Of a stretch of DNA of 51,226 nucleotides, positions 31,820-45,082 are shown piece by piece. Position 1 is the first letter of the stretch. Each line of letters opens with the position of its first letter. The notes beneath the pieces are model-generated. The model was not told the DNA's origin and made no database searches. It saw only the letters and a program-made list of their open reading frames with translations. The DNA lies in contig NIVC01001425.1 in the NCBI GenBank assembly GCA_002269645.1, positions 1-51,226 of the forward strand, read 5' to 3'. Source of the stretch: Macrostomum lignano. Its lineage: Eukaryota. The translations under genes were made by a program, and so were the position numbers.

Positions 31820-34800
31820 CTAGCTTTCGAGAGTCTCCTGGGCTTCAGCGGCCACTGCCACCGGAGCAGCGGCAGCCGGCGGCGCCGCCTCGAACAGTCG
31901 AGTGCCGCTAAAGCCGATCTCAATTTCATTCGGCCCAGTTGCCGATGCCGCCTCTGTTAACGTTGAATCGTTGCCGCCGCCGCGCCTTAGCGACAAGCCG
32001 GCGCCGGTAACGGCTGCGGCATCTTCAGAGCCCGGCGGCAGGTCGAAAGCGGCGTCAACAACGGAGCCGGGGCCCAGGCCGAGATGGCGCAGCTGAGCCT
32101 TAGCCGGCTCGAGCTCGCGACCGTCAACCAGCAGGTGCTGATCGTACGGAGCGACACCGTAGGCTTCCATGAGTCGCAGCTTTAAATCTTGCACAGTGGC
32201 TTCCGAATCGATGTCGAATCGTTTGTCGGTTGGCTTGCGACGAATTCTGGACGACCTCCATGGCTGCGGTTGCTGCTGAGCAGATTTGGCGCACTTCGTC
32301 GGCGGTGACTTAATACCATTGCCGACGCCGCCCTCGTCAGCGGCGGCATCCGCGGTGGCCGACTGATCGGTCGAAGCCGCCGAGGTGGCCGCTCGCTTCC
32401 TGCCGGCGCTCGAACGCGTGCTAGCGGCGTACCCGCCGGGCCGCACAGATCCCCGGGCATCCTCGGCTACCCTCACGTAGATTGTCATTTTAAATCCGGC
32501 GCCAGCGTCGCCAACTTCCCCACCGGCCGCGTCGCCGGCGTCGCCTGCTGATGCGGCATCGGCCGCTGAGTCGAGGCATTCGTCGCAGACGGGCGGCTGG
32601 CAGGAGTCGTCCTCTAGGCGGCAGATTTCAACACCGTCGCTGGAATAGGCGTCGACTAAAGCCAGCCATTCGTCTTGGGTCAGGGCGACAAGGCCAGAGT
32701 CGGCCGAGTCTGGCCGGCAGAGCAGGCGGCCGTGCGGGCACAGGTGACCGGAGTTCGGCACCGGGCCGCCTGGTGGCTCAGTCAGCGGCGTCGCTGTCGA
32801 TTCCTCCTCGGCGGCGGCGACCGCAGCGGCAACCACAAAACGACGCCATTGGACAAGAAATTCTGCGTCGGCGTAATAAATCTTGCGGCCGGCGCAGTCG
32901 GCCAGGCTCAACAGGCGCTGAGGCCCGCTGCCAGTTGGCCGGTGGCGCTTCAGGTGTGCGGACAGGTGGAACAGCCGGTCGGTCTCGGCCTGAGCCCGAC
33001 TAGTCAGCCTGGCCCGCTGATCAGAGCACACCGGACAGGGCTTGGCATCGTGCCAATAAACCGGACAGTTCGGGAAGTAAGCAGCTAATCTGTGCCAGAT
33101 CTCCTCCGGTAGGAGGCGGCGCCGGCCAGTCTCGCAGCAGAGATTGCCGTGCTGGCAAAGCAGGTCTTCGTTGAAGGCGAAGCCAACTGTCGCCGGATGG
33201 CCGTTGCTGACCGCCTGCTGATTGGCTGTCAGGGTTAATTAAAAAAATTGATTTCATAGAAATCAAATCACTATTCTAACATCGCTTCTGACGATCTAAA
33301 TGGCAATTTGGACAATCAAAACGGGACGCCATAGACATTCAAGCCAGGCCGCAGATCTCACCCTAGTCATGGACTTTAGCAGTTTAGCAGAGTCTACTGA
33401 GGGAGGCTTGGCCATAGACTATTGGGAATCGGACTGAGATTTTCTAGCTCTCTGTCCCTCCCGATCCACTGTTTTCTCGTCTTTGACCTGAAGGGTGTCA
33501 GCAGATCGCCAGCGGCTGATTGATGCGATTGCACAAGGGTCATTCATCGAAGGAAGCTGCGCAAGAATCCTGCAAATCAAGAAAACAAGCGCATTCCGAA
33601 TCGCTGCCAGAGTAGAATCCCTTCTTCGCGGTGGTTGGAAAGAAGGATTTTGCAAGGAAATGAGAGAATTCTTGGTTGAGAAACTCGATGAAAATCCTTT
33701 CCTGAAGATCAGGGAGTTCTGAGTTACTTTTGTTTTGCTTCCGGTAACGAAGACTTTGTTCACTTTTAAATATTCTAGTGGCCTCGAGATATAAAACAAT
33801 ACATTAAATTGGGCGAATTACCGTTTTGAATGGCTTTTTCCCATTTTGAGTGTCCATTCCACATTATATGATTGTGCATTCCCAAGCAGCCCGAGTCTGC
33901 GGCCTGGCTCGAATGTCCATGGCGTCCCATTTTGAGTGTCCATTCCACATTATATGATTGTGCATTCCCAAGCAGCCCGAGTCTGCGGCCTGGCTTGAAC
34001 GTCCATGGCGTCCCGTTTTGATTGTCCAAATGCCCATCGAGGTGTCTCAAAAGTTCTCGGAATGTTTGCTCTAGCTCCTCAGTACCTTGACTTATTTTTA
34101 TATTTTACGTGTCAAACTAAAGATAATTTTTCAACGAAAAAAATTTGTCATTTGAGTTTATTTTTCATGCGGCTTCGTTTAAGATTTACAACAGGGACTT
34201 TAAAGGAAGGAAGGAAAGAAGAATAAAATAATAAAACCAAATCGAACGTCTGTGACATTTTAGTAGCGGAAATCCTTGGTTCTTAAAAGTTAAAAATATT
34301 TTTTAAATAGAAAGCCAGACTCACAACAGACACTGCCGCTCTGTTCTGTCGCAGCGGAACCGTCAGTATTATCCTGATCATCTTCAACAGCAGAAGCTGG
34401 CGCTGACTCTTCTTGGTGCTGCTGGCGGGCCAGGTTCTTCCAGGAGCGAAGAGACTTCACGCCAACCCAGGCTGATCGAGACGAAGCGCCGCTGTTGCTG
34501 CTACTAGAAGCTTGGCCGTTTTGCTGGCAAATTGATGGGTGGAGTCAAAGAATTACAAATTAAAACAGTCGATTTTAAAATGCCACAATGCATCTCGTTT
34601 CACTTAAGATGCTAATCCCAAGCATGCCCTTCAGGTGAGTGGCAGCTACTCTTAAACATTCCCTTCAGGTGAGGAGCTGATGGTCTCAAACATTCCCTTC
34701 AGGTGATCTCAAACATGCCCTTCAGGTGAGCAGCTGCTAATCCCAAACATGCCGTTCAGGTGAGCAGCAGCTACTCTTAAACATTCCCTTCAGGTGATCT

Positions 34801-37800
34801 CAAACATGCCCTTCAGGTGAGCAGCAGCAACTCTTAAACATTCCCTTCAGGTTATCTCAAACATGCCCTTCCGGTCAGGAGCTGATGGTCTCAAACATTC
34901 CCTTCAGGTGATCTCAAACATGCCCTTTAGGTGAGCAGCTGCTAATCCCAAACATGCCGTTCAGGTAAGCAGCAGCTACTCCTAAACATTCCCTTCAGGT
35001 GATCTCAAACATGGTCTTCAGGTGAGCAGCTGCTAATCTCAAACATGGTCTTCAGGTGAGCTGCTGTTGCTAATCTCAAACATGGTCTTCAGGTGAGCAG
35101 CTGCTAATCTCAAACATGGTCTTCAGGTGAGCTGCTGCTGCTAATCTCAAACATGGCCTTCAGGTGAGCTGCTGTTGCTAATCTCAAACATGGTCTTCAG
35201 GTGAGCAGCTGCTAATCTCAAACATGGTCTTCAGGTGAGCAGCTGCTAATCTCAAACATGGTCTTCAGGTGAGCAGCTGCTAATCTCAAACATGGTCTTC
35301 AGGTGAGCAGCTGCTAATCTCAAACATGGTCTTCAGGTGAGCTGCTGCTGCTAATCTCAAACATGGTCTTCAGGTGAGCTGCTGTTGCTAATCTCAAACA
35401 TGGCCTTCAGGTGAGCTGCTGCTGCTAATCTCAAACATGGTCTTCAGGTGAGCAGCTGTTGCTAATCTCAAACATGGTCTTCAGGTGAGCTGCTGTTGCT
35501 AATCTCAAACATGGCCTTCAGGTGAGCTGCTGTTGCTAATCTCAAACATGGTCTTCAGGTGAGCTGCTCTTGCTAATCTCAAACATGGTCTTCAGGTGAG
35601 CTGCTGCTGCTAATCTCAAACATGGTCTTCAGGTGAGCTGCTGTTGCTTATCTCAAACATGGTCTTCAGGTGAGCTGCTGTTGCTAATCTCAAACATGGT
35701 CTTCAGGTGAGCAGCTGTTGCTAATCTCAAACATGGTCTTCAGGTGAGCTGCTGTTGCTAATCTCAAACATGGCCTTCAGGTGAGCTGCTGTTGCTAATC
35801 TCAAACATGGTCTTCAGGTGAGCAGCTGCTAATCTCAAACATGGTCTTCAGGTGAGCAGCTGCTAATCTCAAACATGGTCTTCAGGTGAGCTGCTGTTGC
35901 TAATCTCAAACATGGCCTTCAGGTGAGCTGCTGTTGCTAATCTCAAACATGGTCTTCAGGTGAGCTGCTGTTGCTAATCTCAAACATGGTCTTCAGGTGA
36001 GCAGCTGCTAATCTCAAACATGGTCTTCAGGTGAGCAGCTGCTAATCTCAAACATGGTCTTCAGGTGAGCTGCTGTTGCTAATCTCAAACATGGCCTTCA
36101 GGTGAGCTGCTGTTGCTAATCTCAAACATGGCCTTCAGGTGAGCTGCTGTTGCTAATCTCAAACATGGTCTTCAGGTGAGCAGCTGCTAATCTCAAACAT
36201 GGTCTTCAGGTGAGCAGCTGCTAATCTCAAACATGGTCTTCAGGTGAGCTGCTGTTGCTAATCTCAAACATGGTCTTCAGGTGAGCTGCTGTTGCTAATC
36301 TCAAACATGGTCTTCAGGTGAGCTGCTGTTGCTAATCTCAAACATGGTCTTCAGGTGAGCTGCTGTTGCTAATCTCAAACATGGCCTTCAGGTGAGCTGC
36401 TGTTGCTAATCTCAAACATGGTCTTCAGGTGAGCTGCTGTTGCTAATCTCAAACATGGTCTTCAGGTGAGCAGCTGCTAATCTCAAACATGGTCTTCAGG
36501 TGAGCAGCTGCTAATCTCAAACATGGTCTTCAGGTGAGCTGCTGTTGCTAATCTCAAACATGGTCTTCAGGTGAGCTGCTGTTGCTAATCTCAAACATGG
36601 TCTTCAGGTGAGCTGCTGTTGCTAATCTCAAACATGGTCTTCAGGTGAGCTGCTGTTGCTAATCTCAAACATGGTCTTCAGGTGAGCTGCTGTTGCTAAT
36701 CTCAAACATGGTCTTCAGGTGAGCAGCTGCTAATCTCAAACATGGTCTTCAGGTGAGCTGCTGTTGCTAATCTCAAACATGGTCTTCAGGTGAGCTGCTG
36801 TTGCTAATCTCAAACATGGTCTTCAGGTGAGCTGCTGTTGCTAATCTCAAACATGGCCTTCAGATGAGCTGCTGTTGCTTATCTCATAAACATCGGTTTA
36901 GCGCGCATCCACCTGGACAGAAATATGGCAAACCCACCGGCAGGTGATGCTGGTACTCCGGCTTGCGCTTAGCCGCCTTGTCAATCAGTTTGGCATCGGT
37001 AGCCAGCCTCGAGTCCAGTCGAATCCTGGCGCATCGCTGCCGCACGCAGGCCAGACAGAGTGCCGACTCGCCGGCAAGAAACGGCGCTGGCACGGGTGTC
37101 ACTACGGAGTCAGTCGACATCGCGTCGTCGTCTTCAGCTGCTTTGCCGTCAGGCTCAGCGGCGCTGGCGCTGCTGCTCTGGTTATTGGAGAGAAAATCGA
37201 ACAGGTCCCGATTGACAGCTTTGACGTGCGGACCGACGCACTCGGGCAGCAGGCGGCCGTGCGGGCAGACGTACTGGGCGTAGGCACAGGAGTCCAGGGT
37301 GCGCAGGAAGAAGGCAACTTCGTCGCCGGATTCGCCAACGTCCTCTGGGCTGCTGTTGAATACTGTCTGCGCGAAATGTTTTGCTATGTTGCTTATAATA
37401 GGAGTAAAATTGGTCGCTTTTTCTACGAATACCGATAGGGGCATCACCAAACTGGCTCCCGTGACGCTAAATCGATCCCCTCATAGAGCGCCACATAGGG
37501 AACCCAAAACTACTCATGAGATGTTAAAGTGCTCATAAAAGCTAAAACTACTCACGAAAAGTTTCAACTGCTCATGAGAAGCTAAAACTGCTCATGAGAA
37601 GCTAAAACTGCTCATGAAAAGCTAAAACTGCTCATGAGAAGCTAAAACTGCTCATGAGAAGCTAAAACTGCTCATGAAAAGCTAAAACTGCTCATGAGAA
37701 GCTAAAACTGCTCATGAGAAGCTAAAACTGCTCATGAGAAGCTAAAAACTGCTCATGAGAAGCTAAAAACTGCTCATGAGAAGCTAAAAACTGCTCATGA

Positions 37801-40800
37801 GAAGCTAAAAACTGCTCATGAGAAGCTAAAAACTGCTCATGAGAAGCTAAAAACTGCTCATGAGAAGCTAAAAACTGCTCATGAGAAGCTAAAAACTGCT
37901 CATGAGAAGCTAAAAACTGCTCATGAGAAGCTAAAAACTCTCATGAGAAGCTAAAAACTGCTCATGAGAAGCTAAAAACTGCTCATGAGAAGCTAAAAAC
38001 TGCTCATGAGAAGCTAAAAACTGCTCATGAGAAGCTAAAATCTACTCATGAATCTAAAACTGCTCATGAGAGAAGCTGAAACTGCTCATGAGAGAAGCTG
38101 AAACTGCTCATGAGAGAAGCTGAAACTGCTCATGAGAGAAGCTGAAACTGCTCATGAGAGAAGCTGAAACTGCTCATGAGAGAAGTTAAAATCAGCTTAT
38201 GAAAAGCTAAAACTGTTCCTGGGAACCAAATCTGCTCATATGAAGCTAAAAACTGCTCATATGAAGCTAAAAAAACTGCTCATATGATGATCCAAATCTG
38301 CTCATGGAGAGCTAAAGACATTCTTAAGTAGCCGTAGCCAGATTCACTTTAACATATATCTATGACTACCCGACCAAGGGCCCAAAAAAGATGAAATTAA
38401 ATATGAAATACAGACAGGCACACAGATTGACAAATCAAGCTAACCTGCAACCAGGCAGACGGTACAAAAGCGTGACAATCAACTCGTTGAAGCAGCGGCA
38501 GCACCCGGCTAGCCAGCCTGCCCAGGAAGTCCCGATGCCGACGCTCGCGTCTAGCAACTGCGCTGGCCAGGCGAGCCCGGGCAACGTTCTCAGCGTTAAC
38601 CAGCTCGGCCAGTTTGTCCGGCACCGCGGCCAGATTAGGATTAGCCTTGTGCGCTTCGAATACGCTGCGCTTCTCGTACACTAGAATGTAGGCATTCTGC
38701 GACAGATGCCAGTCTTTCCCGGGCACAGCGGCCGAGGCTTTCTCAGTTGGCCGGCTGGCCGAGTACCCCATCGACTGCTCCAGCTTCTCTTCTTGTCGCT
38801 TTAATAGCTTGTGCTTCACTGGGTACACCTGGCTATCGTTGCACACCAGCCAGCCCCGGCTGTAGTCCCGAACTATGGCCACGTAGTGACCGCCTGTGGC
38901 CTGCGTGTGTTCAATATAACAGTGCAGTTATTGCTATTGGAAGGCTGGATGGAATAAGCTAGATAGGATTTACTCGCTTCAACATAATCCACAGAGACAG
39001 GATTAACTCGCCCCCATTATAATCTACCGACAGGATTAACACCCCACCATAATCTACAGACAGGATTAACACCCCACCATAATCTACAGACAGGATTAAC
39101 ACCCCCACTATAATCTACAGACAGGATTAACACCCCCATCATAATCTACAGACAGGATTAACACCCCCACCATAATCTACAGACAGGATTAACACCCCAC
39201 CATAATCTACAGACAGGATTAACACCCCCACCATAATCTACAGAGAGGATTAACACCCCACCATAATCTACAGACAGGATTAACACGCCCACCATAATCC
39301 ACAAAGACAGGGTTAACACCCCACCATAATCCACAAAGACAGGATTAACACCCCACCATAATCTACAGAGACAGGATTAACTCGCCCCATCAGAAGCTAC
39401 AGAGACAGGATTAACTCGCCCCATCATAAGCTACAGAGACAGGATTAACTCGCCCCATCATAAGCTACAGAGACAGGATTAACTCGCCCTATCATAAGCT
39501 ACAGAGACAGGATTAACTCGCCCCATCATAAGCTACAGAGACAGGATTAACTCGCCCCATCATAAGCTACAGAGACAGGATTAACTCGCCCTATCATAAG
39601 CTACAGAGACAGGATTAACTCGCCCTATCATAAGCTACAGAGACAGGATTAACTCGCCCCATCATAAGCTACAGAGACAGGATTAACTCGCCCCATCAGA
39701 AGCTACAGAGACAGGATTAACTCGCCCTATCATAAGCTACAGAGACAGGATTAACTCGCCCTATCATAAGCTACAGAGACAGGATTAACTCGCCCCATCA
39801 TAAGCTACAGAGACAGGATTAACTCGCCCCATCATAAGCTACAGAGACAGGATTAACTCGCCCCATCAGAAGCTACAGAGACAGGATTAACTCGCCCCAT
39901 CAGAAGCTACAGAGACAGGATTAACTCGCCCCATCATAAGCTACAGAGACAGGATTAACACTCCACCATAAGCTACAGAGACAGGATTAACACTCCACCA
40001 TAAGCTACAGAGACAGGATTAACACTCCACCATAAGCTACAGAGACAGGATTAACTCGCCCCATCATAAGCTACAGAGACAGGATTAACTCGCCCCATCA
40101 GAAGCTACAGAGACAGGATTAACTCGCCCCATCAGAAGCTACAGAGACAGGATTAACTCGCCCCATCAGAAGCTACAGAGACAGGATTAACTCGCCCCAT
40201 CATAAGCTACAGAGACAGGATTAACTCGCCCCATCATAAGCTACAGAGACAGGATTAACTCGCCCTATCATAAGCTACAGAGACAGGATTAACTCGCCCT
40301 ATCATAAGCTACAGAGACAGGATTAACTCGCCCCATCATAAGCTACAGAGACAGGATTAACTCGCCCCATCATAAGCTACAGAGACAGGATTAACTCGCC
40401 CTATCATAAGCTACAGAGACAGGATTAACTCGCCCCATCATAAGCTACAGAGACAGGATTAACTCGCCCCATCATAAGCTACAGAGACAGGATTAACTCG
40501 CCCTATCATAAGCTACAGAGACAGGATTAACTCGCCCCATCATAAGCTACAGAGACAGGATTAACTCGCCCCATCATAAGCTACAGAGACAGGATTAACT
40601 CGCCCTATCATAAGCTACAGAGACAGGATTAACTCGCCCTATCATAAGCTACAGAGACAGGATTAACTCGCCCCATCATAAGCTACAGAGACAGGATTAA
40701 CTCGCCCCATCAGAAGCTACAGAGACAGGATTAACTCGCCCCATCATAAGCTACAGAGACAGGATTAACTCGCCCCATCATAAGCTACAGAGACAGGATT

Positions 40801-43800
40801 AACTCGCCCCATCATAAGCTACAGAGACAGGATTAACTCGCCCTATCATAAGCTACAGAGACAGGATTAACTCGCCCTATCATAAGCTACAGAGACAGGA
40901 TTAACTCGCCCCATCATAAGCTACAGAGACAGGATTAACTCGCCCCATCAGAAGCTACAGAGACAGGATTAACTCGCCCTATCATAAGCTACAGAGACAG
41001 GATTAACTCGCCCTATCATAAGCTACAGAGACAGGATTAACTCGCCCCATCATAAGCTACAGAGACAGGATTAACTCGCCCCATCATAAGCTACAGAGAC
41101 AGGATTAACTCGCCCCATCAGAAGCTACAGAGACAGGATTAACTCGCCCCATCAGAAGCTACAGAGACAGGATTAACTCGCCCCATCATAAGCTACAGAG
41201 ACAGGATTAACACTCCACCATAAGCTACAGAGACAGGATTAACACTCCACCATAAGCTACAGAGACAGGATTAACACTCCACCATAAGCTACAGAGACAG
41301 GATTAACTCGCCCCATCATAAGCTACAGAGACAGGATTAACTCGCCCCATCATAAGCTACAGAGACAGGATTAACTCGCCCCATCAGAAGCTACAGAGAC
41401 AGGATTAACTCGCCCCATCAGAAGCTACAGAGACAGGATTAACTCGCCCCATCATAAGCTACAGAGACAGGATTAACTCGCCCCATCATAAGCTACAGAG
41501 ACAGGATTAACTCGCCCTATCATAAGCTACAGAGACAGGATTAACTCGCCCTATCATAAGCTACAGAGACAGGATTAACTCGCCCCATCATAAGCTACAG
41601 AGACAGGATTAACTCGCCCATCATAAGCTACAGAGACAGGATTAACTCGCCCTATCATAAGCTACAGAGACAGGATTAACTCGCCCCATCATAAGCTACA
41701 GAGACAGGATTAACTCGCCCCATCATAAGCTACAGAGACAGGATTAACTCGCCCTATCATAAGCTACAGAGACAGGATTAACTCACCCCATCATAAGCTA
41801 CAGAGACAGGATTAACTCGCCCCATCATAAGCTACAGAGACAGGATTAACTCGCCCTATCATAAGCTACAGAGACAGGATTAACTCGCCCTATCATAAGC
41901 TACAGAGACAGGATTAACTCGCCCTATCATAAGCTACAGAGACAGGATTAACTCGCCCTATCATAAGCTACAGAGACAGGATTAACTCGCCCCATCATAA
42001 GCTACAGAGACAGGATTAACTCGCCCCATCAGAAGCTACAGAGACAGGATTAACTCGCCCCATCATAAGCTACAGAGACAGGATTAACTCGCCCCATCAT
42101 AAGCTACAGAGACAGGATTAACTCGCCCCATCATAAGCTACAGAGACAGGATTAACACTCCACCATAAGCTACAGAGACAGGATTAACACTCCACCATAA
42201 GCTACAGAGACAGGATTAACACTCCACCATAAGCTACAGAGACAGGATTAACTCGCCCCATCATAAGCTACAGAGACAGGATTAACTCGCCCCATCAGAA
42301 GCTACAGAGACAGGATTAACTCGCCCCATCAGAAGCTACAGAGACAGGATTAACTCGCCCCATCAGAAGCTACAGAGACAGGATTAACTCGCCCCATCAG
42401 AAGCTACAGAGACAGGATTAACTCGCCCCATCAGAAGCTACAGAGACAGGATTAACTCGCCCCATCATAAGCTACAGAGACAGGATTAACTCGCCCCATC
42501 ATAAGCTACAGAGACAGGATTAACACTCCACCATAAGCTACAGAGACAGGATTAACACTCCACCATAAGCTACAGAGACAGGATTAACACTCCACCATAA
42601 GCTACAGAGACAGGATTAACACTCCACCATAAGCTACAGAGACAGGATTAACTCGCCCCATCATAAGCTACAGAGACAGGATTAACTCGCTCCATCATAA
42701 GCTACAGAGACAGGATTAACACTCCACCATAAGCTACAGAGACAGGATTAACTCGCCCCATCATAAGCTACAGAGACAGGATTAACTCGCCCCACCATAA
42801 TCTACAGACAGGATTAACTCGCTCCATCATATCTAAAATAGCAAAACAAGCATAATTTAGTTACCTGAGGTCCAATATGAATGAGCACAGCCTTGAGCAC
42901 GTAGGGCTCAGCTCCAGACAGGAATTCGGACATTTCAATGGTCTCAGGATAAGCAATCGGGGATTTCACTTTCTTCTTGCGCAGGGTGCGCATGTCGAAG
43001 TCAAATCGCATCAGCTGGAGGCACAGCTCGTCGGGCAGGGACACCAGTTCTACGCCTACGCTAGCGTCCCGTGGCGCCTGGCACACGGGGCAGTTGTACT
43101 GACTCTCCCCGGCCAGGTCCTGTCGGGCTAAGAACTCGCGAAGGCAGTCAGTCAGCAAAGTGCTGGTCAGGTTTAAGCAGAGCTCGTGAAAATTTGACTC
43201 GCGTTCCGACAGATAGGTGCAGGCGTGACAGCGGGTCACGTATCTAAGGGGATGAGTAGGATGGTGGTGGCTTGTGTTGAAATTGCTGTATGAGCACATT
43301 CTTCAGAATTTATCATTTTCAGGCACCTATAGGGGTAGTTTCTGTGGCAGATTAAAAACGGTCTGGTAGTTTCTGTGGCAGATTAAAAAAACGGTTTGGT
43401 AGTTTCTGTGGCAGATTAAAAACGGTTTGGTAGTTTCTGTGGCAGATTAAAAACGGTCTGGTAGTTTCTGTGGCAGATTAAAAACGGTCTGGTAGTTTCT
43501 GTGGCAGATTAAAAACGGTCTGGTAGTTTCTGTGGCAGATTAAAAACGGTTTGGTAGATTCTGTGGCAGATTCAGACAGGTGTGGGGTAGATTCTCTGGC
43601 AGATTTAGACAGGTGTGGGGTAGATTCTCTGGCAGATTTAGACAGGTGTGGGGTAGATTATCTGGCAGATTTAGACAGGTGTGGGGTAGATTTTCTGGTA
43701 GATTTAGACAGATGTGGGGTAGATTATCTGGCAGATTTAGACAGGTGTGGGGTAGATTATCTGGCAGATTTAGACAGGTGCGGGGTAGATTATCTGGCAG

Positions 43801-44787
43801 ATTCAGACAGGTGTGGGGTAGATTCTCTGGCAGATTTAGACAGGTGTGGGGTAGATTCTCTGGCAGATTTAGACAGGTGTGGGGTAGATTATCTGGCAGA
43901 TTTAGACAGGTGTGGGGTAGATTTTCTGGTAGATTTAGACAGATGTGGGGTAGATTATCTGGCAGATTTAGACAGGTGTGGGGTAGATTATCTGGCAGAT
44001 TTAGACAGGTGTGGGGCAGATTCTCTGGCAGATTTAGGCTGGGAAACTTGGAGAATAGATTCTCAATACGATTTCTTTCATTGGCTCACTTGTAAGATCC
44101 AGTGTAATGCTTCATAACATTGTCGTCAAACTCATCAAATCTTCGTTCCAACAATTGTCGGAATAGGATCCTGAACTCGCTGGCGTCCTGCTGGATGCCC
44201 TTGTCCAAATTGAGGGCCTCAATAAATGCCACGGGTTCGCAGACGCCGTCGCGTTGCAGATGCAGCCTGGCAAAGATGCTCTGCAGTTCGCGAATGATAG
44301 CGTCATCATCGGAGGGCAGCCGATAGACGGCCTGCACCAGATCCGGGCTGCGCAGGTACAACTGCAACAGCGAATTCAAATAGCACGTGTTGCCATAATT
44401 GGTGAGACCAATTGGACCGTCCGATGAGGAAACTGCGGCCGAATCATCCTGCTGACCGGTTGCGTCATCAGCGTCTGCTTCGGCGTCGCCGGGACAACAG
44501 GACGGCGGTTGCTTAGCGGCAGCGGCGGCCAGCGCCACCGGCCCGGCCATGGCGGCCAAAGACGTGGCAGCCTCGGCGGTCTCCGCAAATTTGTCCGGCC
44601 CGAGGCCGTTCAGGCAGCAGGGATTCTGGCGGCAGTTGCCGCGGCAGGCGCCCAGCGGACACGTGTCCGACAGCAGGTTGTAGGCCTTCATCAGCTGGTG
44701 CTCGGCGATGTCGCCAGGTTCGACGCTCTCAGTCCAGGACCAGCGTTCGTCAGCCTGTTTGGCGGCTTTCGACTTGGAGGTGGACAT
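31820..44787 (-). CDS. USP48: Ubiquitin carboxyl-terminal hydrolase 48; exons 44787-44090, 43243-42865, 38900-38445, 37366-36938, 34523-34325, 33225-31820 (3567 nt, 1188 aa)
   Basis: N-terminus WSWTESVEP...CRGNCRQNPCCLNGLG, Cys box GLTNYGNTCYLNSLLQ, QQDASEF, His box VLIHIGPQ/ATGGHY...CNDSQV, DUSP-type CPHG motifs, WVGVKSLRSWK, FNEDLLCQHG, UBL domain (TVQDLKLRLMEAYGVAPYDQHL) and terminal IGFSGTRL. All splice phases close. Exon 5 and the start of exon 6 are absent from the ORF track. Confidence 0.93.
33300..34037. mobile_element. Non-autonomous inverted-repeat DNA transposon remnant in USP48 intron 5
   Basis: 33300-33354 is the reverse complement of 33983-34037 (about 55 bp, few mismatches). 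There is an internal 86-nt direct duplication at 33840-34011 and a transposase-like fragment inside. Confidence 0.6.
33495..33722 (+). pseudogene. Degenerate N-terminal HTH fragment of an IS630/Tc1/mariner-type transposase
   Basis: SADRQRLIDAIAQG...ARILQIKKTSAFRI...RGG...EMREFLVEKLDENPFLKIRE resembles the S.EDR.R...A..LGI.RSTA..I...RGG...EM...ENP pattern I recall from this superfamily. No DDE domain follows. Confidence 0.5.
34610..36880. repeat. 34/37-nt minisatellite (AATCTCAAACATGGTCTTCAGGTGAGCTGCTGTTGCT), about 60 copies, in USP48 intron 4
   Basis: Tandem array, degenerate at the left edge. Confidence 0.95.
37510..38310. repeat. 20-21-nt minisatellite (AAAACTGCTCATGAGAAGCT), about 38 copies, in USP48 intron 3
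   Basis: Tandem array with degenerate edges. Confidence 0.95.
38990..42830. repeat. 34-nt minisatellite (AGCTACAGAGACAGGATTAACTCGCCCCATCATA), about 110 copies, in USP48 intron 2
   Basis: Fills about 3.8 kb of a 3964-nt intron. Confidence 0.97.
43333..44040. repeat. Compound 31-nt then 33-nt minisatellite in USP48 intron 1
   Basis: GGTAGTTTCTGTGGCAGATTAAAAACGGTCT grades into GGTAGATTATCTGGCAGATTTAGACAGGTGTGG. Confidence 0.93.
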
Positions 44788-45082
44788 GGCTAGGTTAGAC
44801 TGCCGAATGGCTGCGGGTTAGCATTTGTTAATTGGCTTAGTTTGACATTTTAGCTATAGATCTGCTCAGCGAATTCTGAGTGGGTAGGGCTTGGGGAGGA
44901 TATTCGAGACTGCAGAAGCATCAGGCTCTTATATTCATTGTTATCATCATACCTATGCTCTTCTGCTAAGCTACACTTTGAATTGACAGTTCGCTAATAG
45001 TTATTATGCAGGCAAGAATACATAGCCACACTGAAATACATGCTTTAATTATAGGAAAACTGCTTTAGTGTAATAGTGCATG

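Noticed and set aside
43551-44117. 11-aa repeat ORFs (DRCGVDYLADL)n on the plus strand
   Set aside because: Translation of the 33-nt array in USP48 intron 1; no start context and no unique domain.
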